NCBI GenBank assembly: GCA_001662655.1 | Contig: KV460242.1 | Strand: one strand, 5' to 3' | Length of the DNA: 64,000 nt | DNA from: Pseudogymnoascus verrucosus | Lineage: Eukaryota | In this document: positions 50,730-61,380 of the stretch, one piece after another | Layout: every line of letters starts with the position of its first letter | How positions within the stretch are numbered: the first letter of the stretch is position 1 | Program-made: the position numbers and the translations under genes | Notes under the pieces: model-generated | Told to the model about the DNA's origin: nothing | The model's input: only the letters and a program-made list of their open reading frames with translations | Databases searched by the model: none

Positions 50730-51623
50730 CTAAACCATCGCATACAACGGCCCCGGCATCTCCCCCCCCACCCCCCTAATCCCCACCACCCCCCTAATCC
50801 CCACCACCGCCCTCCTCCCCCCCCCAACCGTAACACTCCAACTTCTCAACCCATAATACCCCGCCAACGCATGCACCAAGTACCTCCCCAACGCCCCGCC
50901 CCTATCCCCCACCCGCGCCTCAAACACACACCTCTCCCTCTCCCTTTCGACTTTCGCTCTGCGCTCCTCCTCTCTCTCGCGCATCGTGCGCGCAGACAGG
51001 TCGCGGCCTACGAACACGACTTCCTCGTCGCTGCTTTCTGCGTCTGCGGCGCGCGAGTCCTCGACGCGCGAACGCACCGCATCTTCCCACTCCACTACAA
51101 ACCGTCTAACCTCCCCCTCAAGATGTCTCAGCATCTCCCCCTCCACCTTCCCTCTCCGAATCCTCTCCTTCAGCTCGCTAGGCACACGACCCCTCTCCTC
51201 TTCCTTCTCGGCCTTGTTCTTGGAGCGCCGGGATTCAGCCACGCTTTCCCACAAAGGGGCGAGGTAGTAAGGCACCCGACGAACGGGGCTGGTGCTGTGG
51301 ACTTCCCAATCGCGGGATGAGGGGGCGACGACGCCGGGGACGCCGATGAGGCGGTCGTTTTCCCAGCGCTTGCGGCGGCGGCTGCCTTCTTTGCCTTTTT
51401 CGGCGAGTTCGCGGCGTTTGGGGGGTGCGGGTTTGGGTTTGGTGGTTGTGGTTGTGGCGGTGCGCGGTTTTGGGGTTGGGGTAGGGGCAGTGGTGACGGG
51501 GTCGTCGTGGAGGGGGATTTGGAGGGGGGTGATGTCGAGATGTTGGAGGGCGTGGAGGGTCCAGGTTTCGATGTCGACAGAGGGTTGTTGGGAAGGAGGG
51601 GGGACGGAGCTGTAGATTGCCAT
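50730..51623 (-). CDS. R3H-associated N-terminal domain protein
   Basis: KGKEGSRRRKRWENDRLIGVP, DWEVH...VPYYLAPLW, and R3H-like RYLVHALAGYYGLRSWSVT. Confidence 0.8.
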   Translation of the reverse strand: MAIYSSVPPPSQQPSVDIETWTLHALQHLDITPLQIPLHDDPVTTAPTPTPKPRTATTTTTKPKPAPPKRRELAEKGKEGSRRRKRWENDRLIGVPGVVAPSSRDWEVHSTSPVRRVPYYLAPLWESVAESRRSKNKAEKEEERGRVPSELKERIRRGKVEGEMLRHLEGEVRRFVVEWEDAVRSRVEDSRAADAESSDEEVVFVGRDLSARTMREREEERRAKVERERERCVFEARVGDRGGALGRYLVHALAGYYGLRSWSVTVGGGRRAVVGIRGVVGIRGVGGEMPGPLYAMV

Positions 51624-52012
51624 GGTTGCGGGTTGGTGGGTGGCGATTGATCGCGAGATGGGGCTGTTGGTCGGGGATTCTGGTGGGTTGGGTGCGATTG
51701 AGGTGATGGAGGTGGTGACGATGGATGGGAGGAAGGGGTGATAAGGGTTGGATGTGACTCTTGGAGATATAAATGTGACGGGAGCGTGTCGGGAAGGGCG
51801 GCGATAAGGCCACAGTCCACAGCCGCGTCCCGGTGTCGTGCGTTTCGGCCAATGAGAGTGCTCACGGCCAGCACGACCTTGGGGATCAACCACCAGGCTG
51901 TAAGTGGTCAATCACTATCAGTTAGAAGTGAGATCTGATATTGAGAGATGATTTGAAATATATTTAATTATTCTGCTCTATTTTACAATATTTAACACCG
52001 TATGTATCCCTC

Positions 52013-53575
52013 TCACTTATTTATCGTCAGCTCGAAACAAGGCCCCCCGAAATTATCATCCGCCTCCGCGCGCGACCTCTCCCGCCTCAGCTGCGTCGTT
52101 TCTCTCCAGATACGCTCAGCTATCTCCTCGCGATCCGCGAGCGTGGTGATGGTCCCACGTCTCTGCATAGGCATAACGACAACTGCCTCCTCGTCGCCGA
52201 CAGCGACCTCGCCTTCTCCTTCACCTTCAGCTCTTCTTCTCTCGAGAGTCTCTCCCTCGCTCTCTTCAAGTGCTGCAGCTATTGACTCCGCGATCTTGGT
52301 CTGGAAGGCCTTTTCCTCTCTTTCTAGCTCCAGAAAGCCGTAGTGTGAGCGCCTGTAGACACCTATCGTGCTGAGTGTCAGACTGGATATCTCATACGCG
52401 AACATGACGGGTAGTGCGTAATAGAGAGCCGGGTTACACCCGCGGGACCATATGTCGACGAGGACATTGTACACAGCGTGCGTGGGCAGAGCATATCCCC
52501 AGTGGTAGAAGCGGGGTGATAGAGCGAAGGGGAGGAGGATCGAGGTGAGGTTGATCATGATCCAGGTTACTAGCGCCATAGGAACAACGGGCGGAGGCAG
52601 CCATATGCTGAAGATATCGAAGGTGAGGAAGTTCAGGTGGGCGAACAACCACAGCGTCATCCATGTCAAGACGAACTGCACGCCATTGACGTTCCAGCCG
52701 GCGCGGAAGGCCCAGATGGCGCCCGTCGTGCAGAGTGAGCCGACGAAGGTGTACAAGATGGAGATGATCAAGCGGACGGCGATGATGCGGAAGGGGCGGA
52801 TGCGGCCGTAGATTTTAAATTTGGCGTAGAGACCATTGATGGTGCCGAGGTAGAAGAACTCCTGGAGTAGGATCAGGATGATCACCAGCGTGTTGTAGAT
52901 CAGCCGGGAGCCCTGGGTGGTGGGCTGGAGGTTGAGGGATACGAGCTGCCACGGGTTGTAGAAGACGGATACTGCGGCTGCGTCACCTGCGGGTAGCGTC
53001 TGGAGAATCGCAGCGCCGTTGGTGGCTGAGTAGGCTATGCGAGCGGCCTCGGACAAATCTTGAAGTTTGGCAGCGACGCTGTCGGCCGTAGTAGAGTAGC
53101 GGGCTTCGTTCCAGATAAAGCTCATGACATCGCTGCGGTTGTAGGAGGATGACGCGCTGCCTCCCGTCAGACCCTCAGTGAGGCGGTTGGAGGCACCGGG
53201 TGAAATGTAGAGCGCCGCCCAGAAATCAATGTGGCAAACTTTCTCTTCAAGAGCAGATGGCTGTGAATATTGCTGTGGAGACAGCTCGATGAGCCCTGGG
53301 AAGCTATCCCCTTGAAGCTGCTTGTACGCGTCGCGCACTGCGACTCCTATGGCGCCACCGTCGTAATCGACAAACGCGACGGTGAGGTTATGTGTATGGC
53401 TAGTTTGCTGGTAAAGAGAGCCAAATATGTAGCAGAAAAGGCCGAAAAATAAGACTTGGAGGATGATAAAATTACCCCCTATAGCTTTGAATAGCTGAAG
53501 CCGGATATCATGGAGGGTCGGGTTCGTGGAACTCAGGCGCCTTTTGGGCTGCCTGGCATGAGGGTAGGGATTCAT
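52013..53575 (-). CDS. SNG1-like nitrosoguanidine resistance protein (DUF3533)
   Basis: N-terminal TM segment, VAFVDYDGGAIG, WAALYISPGASNRL, WNEARY, multiple TM segments, LSPRFYHWGYALP. Confidence 0.85.
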   Translation of the reverse strand: MNPYPHARQPKRRLSSTNPTLHDIRLQLFKAIGGNFIILQVLFFGLFCYIFGSLYQQTSHTHNLTVAFVDYDGGAIGVAVRDAYKQLQGDSFPGLIELSPQQYSQPSALEEKVCHIDFWAALYISPGASNRLTEGLTGGSASSSYNRSDVMSFIWNEARYSTTADSVAAKLQDLSEAARIAYSATNGAAILQTLPAGDAAAVSVFYNPWQLVSLNLQPTTQGSRLIYNTLVIILILLQEFFYLGTINGLYAKFKIYGRIRPFRIIAVRLIISILYTFVGSLCTTGAIWAFRAGWNVNGVQFVLTWMTLWLFAHLNFLTFDIFSIWLPPPVVPMALVTWIMINLTSILLPFALSPRFYHWGYALPTHAVYNVLVDIWSRGCNPALYYALPVMFAYEISSLTLSTIGVYRRSHYGFLELEREEKAFQTKIAESIAAALEESEGETLERRRAEGEGEGEVAVGDEEAVVVMPMQRRGTITTLADREEIAERIWRETTQLRRERSRAEADDNFGGPCFELTINK

Positions 53576-54242
53576 CTTGAGATTGGCATAACCAGGCTCG
53601 CATATAGACGAATATAAATATACGAAAAATTATCTATTTGCCCTTCATCATCGCGGTTATGACACATCTATGCCATAAAATGAGAAAGAAACATTTTTCA
53701 TGTTGGTAAGCCGACGGACGTTCGGTGTTCGGCACCAATTTCGTAATGCCGATGTTGACTGACTGGTGTGGGGTGGGACTGTCAAAACCCGTCGTTTCCG
53801 CGCGCTAATTGCAGGGCGGTTTTCGATGACGACAATCACTAATCTAGAGTTGCTCAGCAATTTGAGCGGATGGAATTTATATCTTTGCTCTATTTATGAG
53901 TAATAATATGAGATTATAACCTTGAGTACTTGAAATTGAGACTCTTTATTATAACTACGGTTTTATAATTACTTTGTCTGGTCGGTCCGTCCCTGTTCGA
54001 GACTTTTAGTCGTCAAGAGTACTGATATCTTCCTCCCTGATATCTTCCTCCCTGATATTATAATAAAAATATGCTCTTTTTATAAGATAATAAATGAATA
54101 TTTAAAAAGCAGGCAAGCGGTGGCAAGTAGCAGTAACCCCGGATAATAATAAAGTCAACATATTCATTCTCATATCAAGAAACTCCTTTGCCACCAAATA
54201 GGATCCACGGCACTCAGCTATGATTTGGGTCAAAGCATGGCT

Positions 54243-55070
54243 CTATCGTAATAAATAGGGCTGACATAGTTGAGCTCGCAAGTTGATAGAACGGACAATC
54301 CCTAACAATTTCATCAAACGTTCCTCCTCTTCAGTCAACCCCAGCAAAGTTGTTGCATCTTCTTGGAGGGGTATATCAAAAGGTCCGTACCAAGGGTTGA
54401 GGTAAGAGAGAACTCCAACCTCGAAGAACCTTGGATAAAGCCCTGCATCGTTCCAGTTGGCAAGAGAAATAGTGTCATCGTCCCTGAGAATCACGTTCCG
54501 TCGACATAAATCCATATGGCACAGAACGAGGGGGTGGCCAGTGAGATCTATTGACTTTTTCATTACCGCGAGGCGTTTGTTGAGGTATGCGTTAAAGCCT
54601 GGCACAGAAGGAAATTCAACGTCGGCACCATCATCACCAAAAATATGGCCTTGTGCAAGTCCACCGCCTATAGGTCCCGGGACCTGGCCCTGTATTTGGC
54701 CAAGATGCTCGATAATCCGGGCCATGCGGGGAATGATATCGGGTCTTATATCAAGGTAGATCTGTGCGAGCGTCGGCCCTTGGACGTACTCCGTGAATAG
54801 GTAGCCCTGCCCCTCCCACTCGAAGAAGCGATAGACTCGAGGAACGTGAACGATCGTAGGATCAGCATTCTTGTTCGCAAATTCCTGTGTTCTAGCCTCT
54901 GACGCTGTCACGAGGCCCCCGATTTTGACTGCTATGCCGTCTGAGATCTTGACCATTACATATCCTCGCCCGTAATCACTATAGTGGCCATTCTCTTTCC
55001 TAGCTTTCTTGCAAACCTCAACTAGCAATTCCTCGCTGGAAGTATGTACGTTCCAGGCGATGGCCTCCAT
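54243..55070 (-). CDS. Aminoglycoside phosphotransferase / choline kinase-like (APH) protein
   Basis: IAVKIG, VHVPRVYRFF, YLFTEYVQG, PGPIGGG, LVLCHMDLCRRNVIL (Brenner-like motif), W..AGLYPRFFE. Confidence 0.8.
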   Translation of the reverse strand: MEAIAWNVHTSSEELLVEVCKKARKENGHYSDYGRGYVMVKISDGIAVKIGGLVTASEARTQEFANKNADPTIVHVPRVYRFFEWEGQGYLFTEYVQGPTLAQIYLDIRPDIIPRMARIIEHLGQIQGQVPGPIGGGLAQGHIFGDDGADVEFPSVPGFNAYLNKRLAVMKKSIDLTGHPLVLCHMDLCRRNVILRDDDTISLANWNDAGLYPRFFEVGVLSYLNPWYGPFDIPLQEDATTLLGLTEEEERLMKLLGIVRSINLRAQLCQPYLLR

Positions 55071-55479
55071 AATGTAGGTGGAGTATGAGTATGTTGAGTT
55101 TGGAAACAAAAGCGGAGGTTGGAAGCTTGAATCGTGCAGGTTGGATCATGCAGTTGGACTTTAGCGAGGAGGCGCATAATTATATCAGACATGAGTGATA
55201 ACGAAATCTAAGCAGACAGAATTCATTACATTAACCTTCACAAAACACATTCGATCTGAAAACAGCAAGTGATATATCAAGACGGTGATTCAATTCGTAT
55301 TTTCCAAACCTCCGATCCAAGCCATATCCAACACCGACACCCGTAACAATATCCAAAACACGGGCAGTACGCCACTCCAACAGACACGCGCAATATGCAA
55401 AAAGCCAACCCACAGTCGTCACCAGCACATTATATGTACAACCTCTCACAGTCCCATCCATCCCATCATAATCCTCCTC

Positions 55480-58206
55480 TTACTCAACCCCCTCAACCCT
55501 CGTCAAAAATTCCCTCACGCGGCCCAACTCCACATCGCCCCCCTCGCTATCTACAGCCCTCCAAAGCCCTTCAAGCACATCATCGATCCTCTCCTCCGGC
55601 ACCCTCGTACACAAGCTGATAGTCTTGCGGTACTTCACCTCCAGCTCGCGGGATTTACTCCTCAGCTCCCCCACCGCCCTCTCCAACCTCTCATTATTAG
55701 CACGATATGCCGCGACCCTCGCTCTCAGCGTTCCATGTCCAGGAATCGTCGCCACAAGCGCCGGATTCCTCAGCACCTCATCCGGTCCCACGTTCTCGGG
55801 CAGGCAAGCAAACGCCACGTCCGCCTCGCCGAGGTACATGTCCTCGCTCTGCCCCGCCAGCGGCGTGTGCTGCGCCTTGATCTGCTGCAGACGGAAGGCC
55901 TCCTCGTCGCCTGCGCGACGGAGATTAGTGATCTTGCATTTACGCTCGTCGCGCGCCTTGGCGAGATGCTGGAGGCGCTCGAGGCGGCGGCGCTCTTCGC
56001 CGAGGTGGGCGGAGGAGGAGCGTAGCTGGGTGTGGATGGAGTCGATGGCTGATTGTTTGGCGGTCATCTCTTGGGCGAACTCGGCTTCGGTTTGGGAGAG
56101 GAGGGTGGTTATTGCTGTGGGAGTTAGTTATGCACGTACTATTGTGGGGTAAGGGGGGTGATATGGAGACTTACAAGAAATGACATCCCCGCTGTTCTCG
56201 CGAGTTGCCTTGTTGAGAGATTTATCTACAGTGGTGCTAGGCCTCTCGCCTACCTCTGTTGGGTCGCCGATGCCAAAGTCAACTGGGCGAAGACCTGCGC
56301 GGTTGGGGATACCCGCGTCGGCTCCAACCTCTAGCAGTTGCGAGATGATGCTTCTGTTACCCACTCTAGCGGCAATATTCAGAGCTGTATCTCCCGACTT
56401 GTCCTGGGCATTGACAATCTCCGACATGAAGCGTCCGATGCCCATAGATTTAACCGTCGGTGCTTGGCCAAGGAACATCTGCTGGCTACTTGGCGCACTG
56501 CCTTGTCGGACGACAAATTCCAGCAGAGACTCGAGGTAGTATTTGCTGGCCTGGCTACGGCCCTTCACAGCGGATGTGACAGCGATATGATGAAGTACTG
56601 TTCGGCCACGACCGTCTTTCATCTCAATAGTAGGACCTAATAGCTCGAGGAGATCAGGGAAGGCGCTAAAGTCAAGGTTATTCGTAACAGCACAGGCGCG
56701 CATCAGTGCGGTCTCGCCGGCGTTGTTGACTCGGTATATGCTTGCCCCGCTGTTGATAAGAGCTCTTAATAACGGAAGGCGCGCTAGTGTTGCGGCCCAA
56801 TGTAGAGCAGTATGTGCAGTATTATCAATAGGCATGTCAAGATCTTCCCCTGAGAGACTGACGAAGGCTTCGTGGCGGCTAAACTCATTCCTGGTCTGAT
56901 CCATAAACAGAGACATTAGAAGTGCACGTTTCGATTCAGCTGGTTGGCTTGACGAAAACGGAAGTGGTGGTAATGGCATTGGGACTACATCGTCTTGTAG
57001 AGTGTTTTGAGCATGTTGATGGTATACAAATGAGTCGTTTGGCTCAGTGGGCGAAGGCTCTCGCATATCGTAGAATGCGTCGGTCTGTTGAGACAGGTTG
57101 ATGCTGGGTGTTTGGCGTACCCGCTTCCTCGGAGGCTCTTGAAATTCGTTTTGGCTACCCATATGTGAGAAGTGTGGGCCATTCTGAGTTGCGTATGCTG
57201 AGTCGCCGTTCATGTTGTAGCTAGACTCAGACGCAAAGCTCTGCATGCTCTGCTGAGACCCTGGGAAAGCGTTTTCGTCAAGTTGCTGCTGTGATGACTG
57301 ACGGCTGAAACTTGGAGGGCGGTTCCCATTGCGAATGCGAGGTGCTGGCGAGTCGAACCTAGCCTTGCTGATCGCCGCGACGGCGTGGGAGGCTGTTGAG
57401 GAGATATTCTTGAAAAAGGTCCCGGATTGCCCGCTCAGACGAGCTTCATTCCCAGCATTATATAGCCTTTTTCGGTTTGCAGCCATTGCTTGCTCCTTTG
57501 TTGGAGTATCCACACCTCCATGCCCAGCGATCCCGCCATCTTGACCCATATCGTAAGTGAGGAGCGGCCGCAGAATTTCCTCCACGCCATATTGCCTGCA
57601 GAACTCCAATCCCTTCTCAAACTTGATCCAAGTGCCCTGGTATTTTCCGTAACCTCCCTGGACCTTCTCATGCTCACCAATGAGAATTTCCTTCTCCAGG
57701 ACCTTGGTCCTCTTGCCTTTCTCAATGCCGGCAACTTTTAGGATCTGGGTCGCATTGAGCCAGCTATCGTTGCGGCGGCGCATGACAGCGATGCGATTGA
57801 CTTCCATTTCGTACACATCGACTCCGGAGTATACGGCCTATGAAAGTTAGTACGTCATTCGCAGATGGCGGAAATTGCAACAAACTGAGTATATTTGCGG
57901 CGCGGGAACGCTCATGCTTGGCGCATTCTGGTCGGCGAACTGCCTGTAGGCGCCCGGCTGCATCATCAGGCCGTTGCCCTGCGAGCCCTGGCTCATACTG
58001 AACGACATTTGTGAGTTTTGGTTGTAGGGCGACGGTGACGGAGCTGGCGCTGACGAGGCCGGCAACACTTGGCCGGTTACCGTATCGTGGTTGCTCTGGT
58101 TGGAGGCGAAGGAGAGAGCGCGGTGGTGAGAGTGCTGCGACGACGACGTAGGCCGAGGGTAAGGATTTGACGACGGTGGGAAGGCGGCGATGGTCGTCGA
58201 GGCCAT
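55480..58206 (-). CDS. swi6: APSES + ankyrin cell-cycle transcription factor, Swi6/Cdc10 type; introns ~57838-57885 and ~56114-56173
   Basis: [40 protein letters not shown]...HEKVQGGYGKYQGTW; ankyrin repeats HTALHWAATLA, GETALMRA, GDTALNIAARVG; C-terminal coiled coil. Swi6 is preferred over Mbp1 from the NATQILKVA variant. Confidence 0.8.
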
Positions 58207-58578
58207 GAGGGAGGAAGAGGCCGTGGGGAGAATTGGGTGACTGAGATTGGAGCCGGTCGCGAGGTGCGCGTAGAGGTCCGTTGACTCTAGCAGGGTTGTT
58301 GGGACTCGAGTCGGCGCAAGCGTAGGCGCATAAAATGGATGAGGCTATTCGTAATTTACAAGATATTACAACGCGGTACAGGTAGTATAAAAGCAGAACA
58401 CGTCGCGTCGACCGAAATAGGAAGTATAAGTGTCTCTGGCGTGTGGGAATTTGTGTGGGGGGAGTCGGGGGGGGGGGTGGAGGAGGAGGAGAGAAACCGA
58501 GAAGTGACTTCAGACTTGACACTACTCGAAGTACCTTTCTCCACGCCTACGCCCTACGAACATTATAATTTGGAAGTA

Positions 58579-58773
58579 ACGCGTGAAGCGCGACGTGACA
58601 AAATTGATAACTGAAGCATTTAAAGCGGATTAATATGCCATATCTTGCTGTATTTATGTCAATATATAGCAATAATGAATTGTATTTTCAATTCTTTATC
58701 TGGCATTTGTTTATACTTTTAAAATATTATTTTGCCATTGTTCTCTGCTCACGCGTGCGAGTAACCTACGCGT
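58579..58773. promoter_or_regulatory. Three MCB elements (ACGCGT) in the swi6 / LYR-gene divergent promoter
   Basis: ACGCGT at 58579, 58751 and 58768, around an AT-rich core. Confidence 0.5.
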
Positions 58774-59026
58774 CACAGTCTCCCACGAAAAGTACGCGGT
58801 ATAGAATGTACTGCCTCAGGCACCAACAAGCTTTTTTGGCCCATATGTGACCTCCATGGTCAGTATATGGAATATGTGAAACCCAACACGGCAATTGCGA
58901 TTCAAGAGCAGAAACACCACCCTATCAAGATGTCCTCATAACCAGCCACTTAAGCAACTTGCTTAAGACCAGTTTCTCCCAGCCAACAATGTGGATTTCC
59001 ACCCCATACCCACCACCACCACGATC

Positions 59027-60130
59027 ATGACCTCTACCACCACCACCACCACCAACCCCACCCACCTCCTCCGCGCCCTCCTCCGCACCTGCTCCTACCT
59101 CCCCGACGGCCCCTCACGCCACTACTTCCACGCACACATCCTGCACCGCTTCCGGCACGTCACGACCCCAACCCTTGGTGCCTACCGCGCGCGGAAAACC
59201 CTCTCCCTGCTCACGCGAGCTACAAACGGGGACCTCCCCGCCCTCACCAAAGTCCTCCAGCACACCTACGGCCGCGCGGGCCATAGGCGACACACCCTCC
59301 TCAATGCCTTCCTCACCGAACAAAGAGCACACGACGATGCCGAGCCGCCCACCGCCGTATCCCCGGCAGTACGCCGCGTCCTCGTGCCCCCGACACAAAT
59401 CGCACCCATGGGCGGGGCCTTCGTGCCCGCGAAACCGCACGATGCGCCGCCGACGGCCTTTGAGCGGCTCCTTGCCGATCAGATCCTGCGCTATCCCGCG
59501 AGGAGTAACCGCACCCAGCTGAAGATAGCGTATGCGCCTATTCCGCTGGAGAATGTGTTCCTGAGACCGACGTCGGCGAAGCGGGAGGAGGGGATGAGGA
59601 AGAGATGGTTGGTAGATACGATGGAGAGGATATTGCCGCCGCTGCCGAAGGAGGAGTGGAATCGGTTGCGGGATTTGGCGACGGGGGTGGTGGAGTGGGA
59701 GGGTGCGCCGAAGAGGAGGACGCGGGTTGGAGGGAAGGAGGGGGGTGGGGGGTTGCTGAGCGTGGAGTATCTTAAGTCGCCGATTAGGCATGCGCATTCG
59801 AAGGTGCGGAAGGCGGAGATTGACCAGCGCGACTGGCATGAGCTGACGCCCAACTATATGCAGCGGATGTATGCAAGAATCTGGGAGCTGTGCCCGAAGG
59901 CCCGCTGGGACGAGGAGCTGCGCGACTGGGTATATACCTGGGGCGGGACCAAGATCGCTGCGAATATGGGCGAGCCGAAGAAGCTTGCACAGCGTGATCT
60001 GAGTTTGTTTGAAGGGATCGAGGGTCTAGACAGAGCGCATGTGAAGGCGAAAAAGAGAACACCATCTAAGAAAAAGGTGATATCCCAGGAGGATATAGAT
60101 TCTAGGGAAACAGTCTCGAGCAACGACTAG
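59027..60130 (+). CDS. LYR-motif (Complex1_LYR/Cup1-like) putative mitochondrial protein
   Basis: HLLRALLRTCSYLPD...ILHRFR LYR-like N-terminus; KVLQHTYGRAG; ILPPLPKEEWNRL; LTPNYMQRMYARIW. Confidence 0.65.
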   Translation: MTSTTTTTTNPTHLLRALLRTCSYLPDGPSRHYFHAHILHRFRHVTTPTLGAYRARKTLSLLTRATNGDLPALTKVLQHTYGRAGHRRHTLLNAFLTEQRAHDDAEPPTAVSPAVRRVLVPPTQIAPMGGAFVPAKPHDAPPTAFERLLADQILRYPARSNRTQLKIAYAPIPLENVFLRPTSAKREEGMRKRWLVDTMERILPPLPKEEWNRLRDLATGVVEWEGAPKRRTRVGGKEGGGGLLSVEYLKSPIRHAHSKVRKAEIDQRDWHELTPNYMQRMYARIWELCPKARWDEELRDWVYTWGGTKIAANMGEPKKLAQRDLSLFEGIEGLDRAHVKAKKRTPSKKKVISQEDIDSRETVSSND

Positions 60131-60234
60131 ATACGACCGCGAGAGAACCGCCAGTCGTCCGGATTTTGTAAGATACAGAACCCATATATAGACTGTATAA
60201 TAATATGTACAATACCAATACCACACCGTACCAC

Positions 60235-60836
60235 CTACTCCTCCCTCCCCAACCTCTCCAACCCCTCCCCCTCAACCCTCATCGTAACCCAGTCATCCAT
60301 CCTCACCGCCCCAACCGCATCACTCTCATAAAACTCAATACTCGGCGTATTCCACTTCAATACGCACCACTCCATCCTCCCCGCCCCCACTCGTCTCGCC
60401 TCCGCCGCCACCTTCCGCAACAGCACCTTCCCGTACCCCTTCCCCCTCGCAATAGGCGTGACATACAAATCCTCGAGATACACGCCCGGACGCGAGCGCC
60501 AGGTGGAGTAATTGTAGAAGTACAGCGCCATACCCGCGACCTCGCCCTCGGGGGTGAAAGCGAGGAGCGTGGCGGCGGGGCGGGCGGGGCTTGTGGGCAG
60601 AAGCTCGGTGTGGGGGGAGTTGGTGATGGTGGGGGCGAAGGTGAGGGTTTCGAGGAGGGTGGCCTCGGTGGCTTGGACAGAGGAGAGGGCTTTTTCGTAG
60701 TCGGCCAGCTCGTTGATTAGGCGGAGGATCGTGGGGACGTCTGGGCGGGTTAGTGGAGGCCGGTGGTGGGGGATTTTGGAGGGGGGGTACCTTCGCGGAC
60801 GGCGTGGCGGATGATTGCGCCCTCTGGGAGAGCCAT
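60235..60836 (-). CDS. ats1: GNAT N-acetyltransferase, Ats1/diamine acetyltransferase-like; intron 60741-60790
   Basis: Spliced MALPEGAIIRHAVREDVPTILRLINELADYEK; YFYNYSTWRSRPGVYLEDLYV..ARGKGYG; RMEWCVLKWNTPSIEFY. Confidence 0.85.
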
Positions 60837-61380
60837 TGTGGGAGTTGTTTTGGATTGAGTTGGTGGAGAGATGCTGTCGAGGGGGTCTGTAGTAGAGCAA
60901 AGGAAAGAAAGGAAAGTGTTCTAGCGGGGTTGTATTGCTCTTATACGCTCAGTCCGAAGCCGTGCGGGCTATAAAATAGCGGCAGAATCGGCGGGGTCAA
61001 CCTCACCGCTTTACGGTGTGGCCAATCATGACGTTCGCTTTACGCCCTCCATGGTACTTTATGGGTCCTCCTCATGAATCCTCCTCCTTAGTAACCTATC
61101 ACATATTTTGAGGGCATCTCATTATTAAACAATTACCGCTTTTAATAATATTCGATGAGAGTAACTAGGACTACTTAAGATAAATAAACTTTCCCAGGCA
61201 AGAAACGAAGTAAAAAGGGGTATCATGATAATTACAAAGTGATAACCACCAGGAAACCAGAAAACAAATCCCATCCACGCCGTTCACAGAACGGCATCTC
61301 GCAAATAACAATAGGGGCACAAAATGAGCCCTATAAACAAATCGGTGTGCAATACAATAATAATGGCACAATTCCACCTC

